Shown here: positions 1-12,930 of the stretch, one piece after another
Layout: each line of letters starts with the position of its first letter
How positions within the stretch are numbered: position 1 is the first letter of the stretch
Notes under the pieces: generated by a model
What the model saw: the letters and a program-made list of their open reading frames with translations, nothing else
Told to the model about the DNA's origin: nothing
Databases searched by the model: none
Position numbers and translations under genes: made by a program
NCBI GenBank assembly: GCA_964016885.1
Contig: CAXHJY010000264.1
Location: 496,001-560,000 of the forward strand
Direction of reading: 5' to 3'
DNA length: 64,000 bases
From: Eledone cirrhosa
Taxonomy: Eukaryota

Positions 1-1824
1 ATACACATCACATGTCTATACCAACAGTCTCCTCTCCTACACACTACATCTGATACCTCTTATACCTAGTTTCTCTCTCCATCCATACACATCACATGTC
101 TATACCAACTCATTCTCCTCTCATACACACTACATCTGATACCTCTTATACCTAGTTTCTCTCTCAGTTCATCCATACACATCACATGTCTATACCAACG
201 CAGTCTCCTCTCCTACACACTACATCTGATTCCTCTTATACCTAGTTTCTCTCTCAGTTCATCCATACACATCACATGTCTATACCAACACAGTCTCCTC
301 TCCTACACACTACATCTGATTCCTTTTATACCTAGTTTCTCTCAGTTCATCCATACACATCACATGACTATACCAACAGTCTCCTCTCATACACACTACA
401 TCTGATTCCTCTTATACCTAGTCTCTCTCTCAGTTCATCCATACACATCACATGTCTATAGCAACACAGTCTTCTCTCCTACTAACTACATCTGATTCCT
501 CTTATACCTAGTTTCTCTCTCAGTTCATCCATACACATCACATGTCTATACCAACACAGTCTCCTCTCCTACACACTACATCTGATTTCTCTTATACTTA
601 GTTTCTTTCCCAGTTCATCCATACACATCACATGTCTATACCAACAGTCTCCTCTCCTACACACTACATCTGATACCTCTTATACCTAGTTTCTCTCTCA
701 GTTCATCCATACACATCACATGTCTATACCAACGCAGTCTCCTCTCCTACACACTACATCTGATACCTCTTATACCTAGTTTCTCTCTCCATCCATACAC
801 ATCACATGTCTATACCAACGCATTCTCCTCTCCTACACGCTACATCTGATTACTCTTATACCTAGTCTCTCTCTCAGTTCATCCATACACATCACATGTC
901 TATACCAACACAGTCTCCTCTCCTACATCTCATTCCTCTTATACCTAGTTTCTCTCTCAGTCCATCCATACACATCACATGTCTATACAAACAAAGTCTC
1001 CTCTCCTACACACTACATCTGATTCCTTTTATACCTAGTTTCTCCCAGTTCATCCATACACATCACATGTCTATACCAATACAGTCTCCTCTCCTACACA
1101 CTACATCTGATACCTCTTATACCTAGTTTCTCTCTCAGTTCATCCATACACATCACATGTCTATACCAACGCAGTCTCCTCTCCTACACACTACATCTGA
1201 TTCCTCTTATACCTAGTTTCTCTCTCAGTTCATCCATACACATCACATGTCTATACCAACACAGTCTCCTCTCCTACACACTACATCTGATTCCTTTTAT
1301 ACCTAGTTTCTCTCAGTTCATCCATACACATCACATGACTATACCAACAGTCTCCTCTCATACACACTACATCTGATTCCTCTTATACCTAGTCTCTCTC
1401 TCAGTTCATCCATACACATCACATGTCTATAGCAACACAGTCTTCTCTCCTACTAACTACATCTGATTCCTCTTATACCTAGTTTCTCTCTCAGTTCATC
1501 CATACACATCATATGTCTATACCAACACAGTCTCCTCTCCTACACACTACATCTGATTCCTCTTATACCTAGTTTCTCTCTCCATCCATACACATCACAT
1601 GTCTATACCAACACAGTCTTCTCTCCTACACACTACATCTGATTCCTCTTATACCTAGTCTCTCTCTCAGTCCATCCATACACATCACATGTCTATATCA
1701 ACGCAGTCTCCTCTCCTACACATTACATCTGATTCCTCTTATACCTAGTTTCTCTCTTAGTTCATTCATACACATCACATGTCTATACCAACACAGTCTC
1801 CTCTCCTACATCTGATTCCTCTTA

Positions 1825-1840
1825 TAATAATAATAATAAT
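1825..1840 (-). repeat. (ATT)5 microsatellite 3' tail of the LINE; (ATT)6 in copy 2
   Basis: TAATAATAATAATAAT on + at the left junction. Short tandem-repeat tails rather than poly(A) are typical of CR1/L2-group LINEs. Confidence 0.9.
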
Positions 1841-2076
1841 GAAATTATTGTGTACAGTGCTCAGGTGCACTACAACTCATCAAAGGTGCATGTATAGTAC
1901 ATAGAATAATGTACAAATGTCAGGAAAATAAACAGTGTATGCGTCATGATATAATAACAATAACGAAATATTGTGCACAGTGCCCAGGTGCACCACAACT
2001 CATCAAAAAAGTGCATGTACAGTACATAGGGCAATGCACAAACATCAGTAAAATGAACAGTGCACGAGTCATGATA
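1841..2076 (-). repeat. Imperfect direct duplication (~111 bp x2, period 124 bp) in the LINE 3' UTR
   Basis: 1841-1951 (GAAATTATTGTGTACAGTGCTCAGGTGCACTACAACTCATCAAA...GTCATGATA) aligns with 1965-2076 (GAAATATTGTGCACAGTGCCCAGGTGCACCACAACTCATCAAA...GTCATGATA). Manual count gives about 16 substitutions and 2 small indels. Confidence 0.93.
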
Positions 2077-2107
2077 CACACGTGTGCATGTGTATGGAAG
2101 GGGTACA

Positions 2108-2470
2108 TCAGGTGTAGTTTTGGCGTATTTTGGGAAGCATGAGTGTCTTAAAGGATGCAGTGTCTCGGCAGCTAACAATTGACGCAGGCAGTTTGTTCCA
2201 TGCTTCAGCAACTCTGAGCGTGAAAAAATGTCTGCGAAAGTCATGGGAGCTGTGCTGTTTTCTTATCTTGTAGGCATGTCCACGTGTGTTAGACACATGG
2301 AGATCAAAGAGGCGCTCAGGGTTGCAGTTGGCGAGATGGTTAAAAACTTTGTGGGTATTCACCAAGTCCATTGCCAGACGTCGGAGCTTCAATGAATCCA
2401 TGCCCAGGGAAGCAAGGCGTTCAGAGTATGGTAGGTGACTGATGGAGAGTATGCGCTTGGTTGCACGTCT
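2108..2470 (-). pseudogene. C-terminal 120 codons of LINE ORF2 (no endonuclease or RT core); the same fragment occurs at 5905-6267, 9426-9788, 13212-13574, 14999-15361 and 21441-21803
   Basis: The frame of track ORF 2108..2401 stays open 23 codons upstream of the Met (RRATKRILSISHLPYSERLASLG) up to the satellite junction, where it meets TAG. The stop is TGA at 2110-2108. Confidence 0.9.
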
Positions 2471-5400
2471 CTATACCTAGTTTCTCTCTCAGTCCATCCA
2501 TACACATCACATGTCTATACCAACAGTCTCCTCTCCTACACACTACATCTCATTTCTCTTATACTTAGTTTCTTTCCCAGTTCATCCATACACATCACAT
2601 GTCTATACCAACAGTCTCCTCTCCTACACACTACATCTGATACCTCTTATACCTAGTTTCTCTCTCCATCCATACACATCACATGTCTATACCAACGCAT
2701 TCTCCTCTCCTACACACTACATCTGATTCCTCTTATACCTAGTCTCTCTCTCAGTTCATCCATACACATCACATGTCTATACCAACACAGTCTCCTCTCC
2801 TACATCTCATTCTTCTTATACCTAGTTTCTCTCTCAGTCCATCCATACACATCACATGTCTATACCAGCAGTCTCCTCTCCTACACACTACATATGATTC
2901 CTCTTATACCTAGTTTCTCTCTCCATCCATACACATCACATGTCTATACCAACACAGTCTCCTCTCCTACACATTACATCTGATTCCTCTTATACCTAGT
3001 TTCTCTCTCAGTTCATCCATAAACATCACATGTCTATACCAACATAGTCTCCTCTCCTACACTCTACATCTGATTCCTCTTATACATAGTTTCACTCTCA
3101 GTCCATGCATACACATCACATGTCTATACCAACAAAGTCTCCTCTCCTACACACTACATCTTAGTCCTCTTATACCTATTTTCTCTCTCAGTCCATCCAT
3201 ACACATCACATGTCTATACCAACACAGTCTCCTCTCCTACACACTACATCTGATTCCTCTTATACCTAGTTTCTCTCTCAATCCATCCATACACATCACA
3301 TGTCTATACCAACACAGTCTCCTCTCCTACATCTGATTCCTCTTATACCTAGTTTCTCTCTCAGTTAATTCATACACATCACATGTCTATACCAACACAG
3401 TTTCCTCTCCTACACACTACATCTGATTCCTCTTATACGTAGTTTCTCTCTCCATCCATACACATCACATGTCTATACCAATACAGTCTCCTCTCCTACA
3501 CACTACATCTGATTCCTCTTATACCTAGTTTCTCTCCCAGTTCATCCATACACATCATATGTCTATACCAACGCAGTCTCCTCTCCTACACACTACATCT
3601 GATTCCTCTCATACCTAGTTTCTGTTTCCATCCATACACATCACATGTCTATACCAACAGTCTCCTCTCCTACACACTACATCTGATTTCTCTTATACTT
3701 AGTTTCTTTCCCAGTTCATCCATACACATCACATGTCTATACAAACACAGTCTCCTCTCCTACACACTACATCTGATTCCTTTTATACCTAGTTTCTCCC
3801 AGTTCATCCATACACATCACATGTCTATACCAACAGTCTCCTCTCCTACACACTACATCTGATACCTCTTATACCTAGTTTCTCTCTCAGTTCATCCATA
3901 CACATCACATGTCTATACCAACACAGTCTCCTCTGCTACACACTACATCTGATACCTCTTATACCTAGTTTCTCTCTCCATCCATACACATCACATGTCT
4001 ATACCAACGCAGTCTCCTCTCATACACACTACATCTGATTCCTCTTATACCTAGTGTCCCTCTCCATCCATACACATTACATGTCTATACCAACAGTCTC
4101 CTCTCCTACACACTACATCTGATTCCTCTTATACCTAGTTTCTCTCTCAGTTCATCCATACACATCACATGTCTATACCAACACAGTCTCCTCTCCTAAC
4201 TCTGATTCCTCTTATACCTAGTTTCTCTCTCAGTCCATCCATACACATCACATGTCTATACCAACACAGTCTCCTCTCCTACACATTACATCTGATTCCT
4301 CTTATACATAGTTTCTCTCTTAGTTCATTTATACACATCACATGTCTATACCAACACAGTCTCCTCTCCTACATCTGATTCCTCTTATACCTAGTTTCTC
4401 TCTCAGTCCGTCAATACACATCACATGTCTATACCAACACAGTCTCCTCTCCTACACATTACATCTGATTCCTCTTATACATAGTTTCTCTCTTAGTTCA
4501 TTCATACACATCACATGTCTATACCAACACAGTCTCCTCTCCTACACACTACATCTGATACCTCTTATACCTAGTTTCTCTCTCCATCCATACACATCAC
4601 ATGTCTATACCAACACAGTCTCCTCTCCTACACATTACATCTGATTCCTCTTATACATAGTTTTTCTCTCAGTCCATCCATACACATCACATGTCTATAC
4701 CAACAGTCTCCTCTCCTACACACTACATCTGATTGCTTTTATACCTAGTTTCTCCCAGTTCATCCATACACATCACATGTCTATACCAACAGTCTCCTCT
4801 CCTACACACTACATCTGATACCTCTTATACCTAGTTTCTCTCTCCATCCATACACATCACATGTCTATACCAACTCATTCTCCTCTCATACACACTACAT
4901 CTGATACCTCTTATACCTAGTTTCTCTCTCAGTTCATCCATACACATCACATGTCTATACCAACGCAGTCTCCTCTCCTACACACTACATCTGATTCCTC
5001 TTATACCTAGTTTCTCTCTCAGTTCATCCATACACATCACATGTCTATACCAACACAGTCTCCTCTCCTACACACTACATCTGATTCCTTTTATACCTAG
5101 TTTCTCTCAGTTCATCCATACACATCACATGACTATACCAACAGTCTCCTCTCATACACACTACATCTGATTCCTCTTATACCTAGTCTCTCTCTCAGTT
5201 CATCCATACACATCACATGTCTATAGCAACACAGTCTTCTCTCCTACTAACTACATCTGATTCCTCTTATACCTAGTTTCTCTCTCAGTTCATCCATACA
5301 CATCATATGTCTATACCAACACAGTCTCCTCTCCTACACACTACATCTGATTCCTCTTATACCTAGTTTCTCTCTCCATCCATACACATCACATGTCTAT

Positions 5401-5620
5401 ACCAACACAGTCTTCTCTCCTACACACTACATCTGATTCCTCTTATACCTAGTCTCTCTCTCAGTCCATCCATACACATCACGTGTCTATATCAACGCAG
5501 TCTCCTCTCCTACACATTACATCTGATTCCTCTTATACCTAGTTTCTCTCTTAGTTCATTCATACACATCACATGTCTATACCAACACAGTCTCCTCTCC
5601 TACATCTGATTCCTCTTATA

Positions 5621-6268
5621 ATAATAATAATAATAATGAAATTATTGTGTACAGTGCTCAGGTGCACTACAACTCATCAAAGGTGCATGTATAGTACATA
5701 GAATAATGTACAAATGTCAGGAAAATAAACAGTGTATGCGTCATGATATAATAACAATAACGAAATATTGTGCACAGTGCCCAGGTGCACCACAACTCAT
5801 CAAAAAAGTGCATGTACAGTACATAGGGCAATGCACAAACATCAGTAAAATGAACAGTGCACGAGTCATGATACACACGTGTGCATGTGTATGGAAGGGG
5901 TACATCAGGTGTAGTTTTGGCGTATTTTGGGAAGCATGAGTGTCTTAAAGGATGCAGTGTCTCGGCAGCTAACAATTGACGCAGGCAGTTTGTTCCATGC
6001 TTCAGCAACTCTGAGCGTGAAAAAATGTCTGCGAAAGTCATGGGAGCTGTGCTGTTTTCTTATCTTGTAGGCATGTCCACGTGTGTTAGACACATGGAGA
6101 TCAAAGAGGCGCTCAGGGTTGCAGTTGGCGAGATGGTTAAAAACTTTGTGGGTATTCACCAAGTCCATTGCCAGACGTCGGAGCATCAATGAATCCATGC
6201 CCAGGGAAGCAAGGCGTTCAGAGTATGGTAGGTGACTGATGGAGAGTATGCGCTTGGTTGCACGTCTC
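5621..6268 (-). mobile_element. 5'-truncated CR1-clade LINE fragment, copy 2 (648 bp, one extra tail unit)
   Basis: Near-identical to copy 1 with the same junctions. Private K->M change (GAGCATC) and an (ATT)6 tail. Confidence 0.92.
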
Positions 6269-9144
6269 TATACCTAGTTTCTCTCTCAGTCCATCCATAC
6301 ACATCACATGTCTATACCAACAGTCTCCTCTCCTACACACTACATCTCATTTCTCTTATACTTAGTTTCTTTCCCAGTTCATCCATACACATCACATGTC
6401 TATACCAACAGTCTCCTCTCCTACACACTACATCTGATACCTCTTATACCTAGTTTCTCTCTCCATCCATACACATCACATGTCTATACCAACGCATTCT
6501 CCTCTCCTACACACTACATCTGATTCCTCTTATACCTAGTCTCTCTCTCAGTTCATCCATACACATCACATGTCTATACCAACACAGTCTCCTCTCCTAC
6601 ATCTCATTCTTCTTATACCTAGTTTCTCTCTCAGTCCATCCATACACATCACATGTCTATACCAGCAGTCTCCTCTCCTACACACTACATATGATTCCTC
6701 TTATACCTAGTTTCTCTCTCCATCCATACACATCACATGTCTATACCAACACAGTCTCCTCTCCTACACACTACATCTGATTCCTCTTATACCTAGTTTC
6801 TCTCTCAGTTCATCCATAAACATCACATGTCTATACCAACATAGTCTCCTCTCCTACACTCTACATCTGATTCCTCTTATACATAGTTTCACTCTCAGTC
6901 CATGCATACACATCACATGTCTATACCAACAAAGTCTCCTCTCCTACACACTACATCTTAGTCCTCTTATACCTATTTTCTCTCTCAGTCCATCCATACA
7001 CATCACATGTCTATACCAACACAGTCTCCTCTCCTACACACTACATCTGATTCCTCTTATACCTAGTTTCTCTCTCAGTCCATCCATACACATCACATGT
7101 CTATACCAACACAGTCTCCTCTCCTACATCTGATTCCTCTTATACCTAGTTTCTCTCTCAGTTAATTCATACACATCACATGTCTATACCAACACAGTTT
7201 CCTCTCCTACACACTACATCTGATTTCTCTTATACTTAGTTTCTTTCCCAGTTCATCCATACACATCACATGTCTATACAAACACAGTCTCCTCTCCTAC
7301 ACACTACATCTGATTCCTCTTATACGTAGTTTCTCTCTCCATCCATACACATCACATGTCTATACCAATACAGTCTCCTCTCCTACACACTACATCTGAT
7401 TCCTCTTATACCTAGTTTCTCTCCCAGTTCATCCATACACATCATATGTCTATACCAACGCAGTCTCCTCTCCTACACACTACATCTGATTCCTCTCATA
7501 CCTAGTTTCTGTTTCCATCCATACACATCACATGTCTATACCAACAGTCTCCTCTCCTACACACTACATCTGATTTCTCTTATACTTAGTTTCTTTCCCA
7601 GTTCATCCATACACATCACATGTCTATACAAACACAGTCTCCTCTCCTACACACTACATCTGATTCCTTTTATACCTAGTTTCTCCCAGTTCATCCATAC
7701 ACATCACATGTCTATACCAACAGTCTCCTCTCCTACACACTACATCTGATACCTCTTATACCTAGTTTCTCTCTCAGTTCATCCATACACATCACATGTC
7801 TATACCAACACAGTCTCCTCTGCTACACACTACATCTGATACCTCTTATACCTAGTTTCTCTCTCCATCCATACACATCACATGTCTATACCAACGCAGT
7901 CTCCTCTCATACACACTACATCTGATTCCTCTTATACCTAGTGTCCCTCTCCATCCATACACATTACATGTCTATACCAACAGTCTCCTCTCCTACACAC
8001 TACATCTGATTCCTCTTATACCTAGTTTCTCTCTCAGTTCATCCATACACATCACATGTCTATACCAACACAGTCTCCTCTCCTACATCTGATTCCTCTT
8101 ATACCTAGTTTCTCTCTCAGTCCATCCATACACATCACATGTCTATACCAACACAGTCTCCTCTCCTACACATTACATCTGATTCCTCTTATACATAGTT
8201 TCTCTCTTAGTTCATTTATACACATCACATGTCTATACCAACACAGTCTCCTCTCCTACATCTGATTCCTCTTATACCTAGTTTCTCTCTCAGTCCATCC
8301 ATACACATCACATGCCTATACCAACACAGTCTCCTCTCCTACACATTACATCTGATTCCTCTTATACATAGTTTCTCTCTTAGTTCATTCATACACATCA
8401 CATGTCTATACCAACACAGTCTCCTCTCCTACACACTACATCTGATACCTCTTATACCTAGTTTCTCTCTCCATCCATACACATCACATGTCTATACCAA
8501 CACAGTCTCCTCTCCTACACATTACATCTGATTCCTCTTATACATAGTTTTTCTCTCAGTCCATCCATACACATCACATGTCTATACCAACAGTCTCCTC
8601 TCCTACACACTACATCTGATTGCTTTTATACCTAGTTTCTCCCAGTTCATCCATACACATCACATGTCTATACCAACAGTCTCCTCTCCTACACACTACA
8701 TCTGATACCTCTTATACCTAGTTTCTCTCTCCATCCATACACATCACATGTCTATACCAACTCATTCTCCTCTCCTACACACTACATCTGATTCCTCTTA
8801 TACCTAGTTTCTCTCTCAGTTCATCCATACACATCACATGTCTATACCAACACAGTCTCCTCTCCTACATCTGATTCCTCTTATACCTAGTTTCTCTCTC
8901 CATCCATACACATCACATGTCTATACCAACACAGTCTTCTCTGCTACACACTACATCTGATTCCTCTTATACCTAGTCTCTCTCTCAGTCCATCCATACA
9001 CATCACATGTCTATATCAATGCAGTCTCCTCTCCTACACATTACATCTGATTCCTCTTATACCTAGTTTCTCTCTTAGTTCATTCATACACATCACATGT
9101 CTATACCAACACAGTCTCCTCTCCTACATCTGATTCCTCTTATA

Positions 9145-9789
9145 ATAATAATAATAATGAAATTATTGTGTACAGTGCTCAGGTGCACTACAACTCATCA
9201 AAGGTGCATGTATAGTACATAGAATAATGTACAAATGTCAGGAAAATAAACAGTGTATGAGTCATGATATAATAACAATAACGAAATATTCTGCACAGTG
9301 CCCAGGTGCACCACAACTCATCAAAAAAGTGCATGTACAGTACATAGGGCAATGCACAAACATCAGTAAAATGAACAGTGCACGAGTCATGATACACACG
9401 TGTGCATGTGTATGGAAGGGGTACATCAGGTGTAGTTTTGGCGTATTTTGGGAAGCATGAGTGTCTTAAAGGATGCAGTGTCTCGGCAGCTAACAATTGA
9501 CGCAGGCAGTTTGTTCCATGCTTCAGCAACTCTGAGCGTGAAAAAATGTCTGCGAAAGTCATGGGAGCTGTGCTGTTTTCTTATCTTGTAGGCATGTCCA
9601 CGTGTGTTAGACACATGGAGATCAAAGAGGCGCTCAGGGTTGCAGTTGGCGAGATGGTTAAAAACTTTGTGGTTATTCACCAAGTCCATTGCCAGACGTC
9701 GGAGCTTCAATGAATCCATGCCCAGGGAAGCAAGGCGTTCAGAGTATGGTAGGTGACTGATGGAGAGTATGCGCTTGGTTGCACGTCTC
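9145..9789 (-). mobile_element. 5'-truncated CR1-clade LINE fragment, copy 3
   Basis: Near-identical to copy 1 with the same junctions. Variants GAGTCAT, TTCTGCAC and GTGGTTATT. Confidence 0.92.
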
Positions 9790-12700
9790 TATACCTAGTT
9801 TCTCTCTCAGTCCATCCATACACATCACATGTCTATACCAACACAGTCTCCTCTCCTACACACTACATCTGATTTCTCTTATACTTAGTTTCTTTCCCAG
9901 TTCATCCATACACATCACATGTCTATACCAACAGTCTCCTCTCCTACACACTACATCTGATACCTCTTATACCTAGTTTCTCTCTCCATCCATACACATC
10001 ACATGTCTATACCAACGCATTCTCCTCTCCTACACACTACATCTGATACCTCTTATACCTAGTTTCTCTCTCCATCCATACACATCACATGTCTATACCA
10101 ACGCATTCTCCTCTCCTACACACTACATCTGATTACTCTTATACCTAGTCTCTCTCTCAGTTCATCCATACACATCACATGTCTATACCAACACAGTCTC
10201 CTCTCCTACATCTCATTCCTCTTATACCTAGTTTCTCTCTCAGTCCATCCATACACATCACATGTCTATACAAACACAGTCTCCTCTCCTACACACTACA
10301 TCTGATTCCTTTTATACATAGTTTCTCCCAGTTCATCCATACACATCACATGTCTATACCAACAGTCTCCTCTCCTACACACTACATCTGATACCTCTTA
10401 TACCTAGTTTCTCTCTCAGTTCATCCATACACATCACATGTCTATACCAACGCAGTCTCCTCTCCTACACACTACATCTGATTCCTCTTATACCTAGTTT
10501 CTCTCTCAGTTCATCCATACACATCACATGTCTATACCAACACAGTCTCCTCTGCTACACACTACATCTGATACCTCTTATACCTAGTTTCTCTCTCCAT
10601 CCATACACATCACATGTCTATACCAACGCATTCTCCTCTCCTACACACTACATCTGATTCCTCTTATACCTAGTCTCTCTCTCAGTTCATCCATACACAT
10701 CACATGTCTATACCAACACAGTCTCCTCTCCTACATCTCATTCCTCTTATACCTAGTTTCTCTCTCAGTCCATCCATACACATCACATGTCTATACAAAC
10801 ACAGTCTCCTCTCCTACACACTACATCTGATTCCTTTTATACCTAGTTTCTCCCAGTTCATCCATACACATCACATGTCTATACCAACAGTCTCCTCTCC
10901 TACACACTACATCTGATACCTCTTATACCTAGTTTCTCTCTCAGTTCATCCATACACATCACATGTCTATACCAACGCAGTCTCCTCTCCTACACACTAC
11001 ATCTGATTCCTCTTATACCTAGTTTCTCTCTCAGTTCATCCATACACATCACATGTCTATACCAACACAGTCTCCTCTCCTACACACTACATCTGATTCC
11101 TTTTATACCTAGTTTCTCTCAGTTCATCCATACACATCACATGACTATACCAACAGTCTCCTCTCATACACACTACATCTGATTCCTCTTATACCTAGTC
11201 TCTCTCTCAGTTCATCCATACACATCACATGTCTATAGCAATACAGTCTTCTCTCCTACTAACTACATCTGATTCCTCTTATACCTAGTTTCTCTCTCAG
11301 TTCATCCATACACATCATATGTCTATACCAACACAGTCTCCTCTCCTACACACTACATCTGATTCCTCTTATACCTAATTTCTCTCTCCATCCATACACA
11401 TCACATGTCTATACCAATACAGTCTCCTCTCCTACACACTACATCTGATTCCTCTTATACCTAGTTTCACTCCCAGTTCATCCATACACATCATATGTCT
11501 ATACCAACGCAGTCTCCTCTCCTACACACTACATCTGATTCCTCTCATACCTAGTTTCTGTTTCCATCCATACACATCACATGTCTATACCAACAGTCTC
11601 CTCTCCTACACACTACATCTGATTTCTCTTATACTTAGTTTCTTTCCCAGTTCATCCATACACATCACATGTCTATACAAACACAGTCTCCTCTCCTACA
11701 CACTACATCTGATTCCTTTTATACCTAGTTTCTCCCAGTTCATCCATACACATCACATGTCTATACCAACAGTCTCCTCTCCTACACACTACATCTGATA
11801 CCTCTTATACCTAGTTTCTCTCTCAGTTCATCCATACACATCACATGTCTATACCAACACAGTCTCCTCTGCTACACACTACATCTGATACCTCTTATAC
11901 CTAGTTTCTCTCTCCATCCATACACATCACATGTCTATACCAACGCAGTCTCCTCTCATACACACTACATCTGATTCCTCTTATACCTAGTGTCCCTCTC
12001 CATCCATACACATTACGTGTCTATACCAACAGTCTCCTCTCCTACACACTACATCTGATTCCTCTTATACCTAGTTTCTCTCTCAGTTCATCCATACACA
12101 TCACATGTCTATACCAACACAGTCTCCTCTCCTACATCTGATTCCTCTTATACCTAGTTTCTCTCTCAGTCCATCCATACACATCACATGTCTATACCAA
12201 CACAGTCTCCTCTCCTACACATTACATCTGATTCCTCTTATACATAGTTTCTCTCTTAGTTCATTTATACACATCACATGTCTATACCAACACAGTCTCC
12301 TCTCCTACACACTACATCTGATACCTCTTATACCTAGTTTCTCTCTCCATCCATACACATCACATGTCTATACCAACAGTCTCCTCTCCTACACACTACA
12401 TCTGATTGCTTTTATACCTAGTTTCTCCCAGTTCATCCATACACATCACATGTCTATACCAACAGTCTCCTCTCCTACACACTACATCTGATACCTCTTA
12501 TACCTAGTTTCTCTCTCCATCCATACACATCACATGTCTATACCAACTCATTCTCCTCTCCTACACACTACATCTGATTCCTCTTATACCTAGTTTCTCT
12601 CTCAGTTCATCCATACACATCACATGTCTATACCAACACAGTCTCCTCTCCTACATCTGATTCCTCTTATACCTAGTTTCTCTCTCCATCCATACACATC

Positions 12701-12930
12701 ACATGTCTATACCAACACAGTCTTCTCTGCTACACACTACATCTGATTCCTCTTATACCTAGTCTCTCTCTCAGTCCATCCATACACATCACATGTCTAT
12801 ATCAATGCAGTCTCCTCTCCTACACATTACATCTGATTCCTCTTATACCTAGTTTCTCTCTTAGTTCATTCATACACATCACATGTCTATACCAACACAG
12901 TCTCCTCTCCTACATCTGAATCCTCTTATA

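Larger units (their letters stand above)
1827..2471 (-). mobile_element. 5'-truncated CR1-clade LINE fragment, copy 1 (645 bp)
   Basis: The minus-strand frame reads RRATKRI...YSERLASLGMDSLKLRRLAMDL...TRGHAYKI...RRHFFTLRVAEAWNKLP...FK, the characteristic post-RT C-terminus of CR1-clade ORF2. It is followed by a ~270-bp 3' UTR and an (ATT)5 tail. Satellite TATA flanks both sides. Confidence 0.92.
1120..8760 (+). repeat. Higher-order repeat: two ~3.8-kb units, each holding one LINE fragment and ~36 monomers (boundaries approximate)
   Basis: Matching ORF-track entries are offset by 3797 (2108/5905, 2435/6232, 2511/6308) and then by 3887 (4169/8056, 4342/8229), a gain of one 90-bp monomer. Rare variants (TTCACTCTCAGTCCATGC, CTTAGTCCTC, GTTAATTC, TCTGTTTCC, GTGTCCC) occur in the same order. 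Confidence 0.88.

Noticed and set aside
1870-2244. 124-aa minus-strand ORF and overlapping 77-aa plus-strand ORF (1909-2142), repeated in all six inserts
   Set aside because: These are alternative-frame and antisense readings of the LINE ORF2 end and 3' UTR. Their recurrence only reflects recent duplication, and they contain no recognisable motif.
2108-2401. 97-aa ORF as an intact, possibly domesticated small gene
   Set aside because: Homology continues upstream of the Met to the truncation point. Most differences among copies are non-synonymous (K>M, T>N, R>P, N>T, N>S versus one synonymous seen), consistent with neutral decay.
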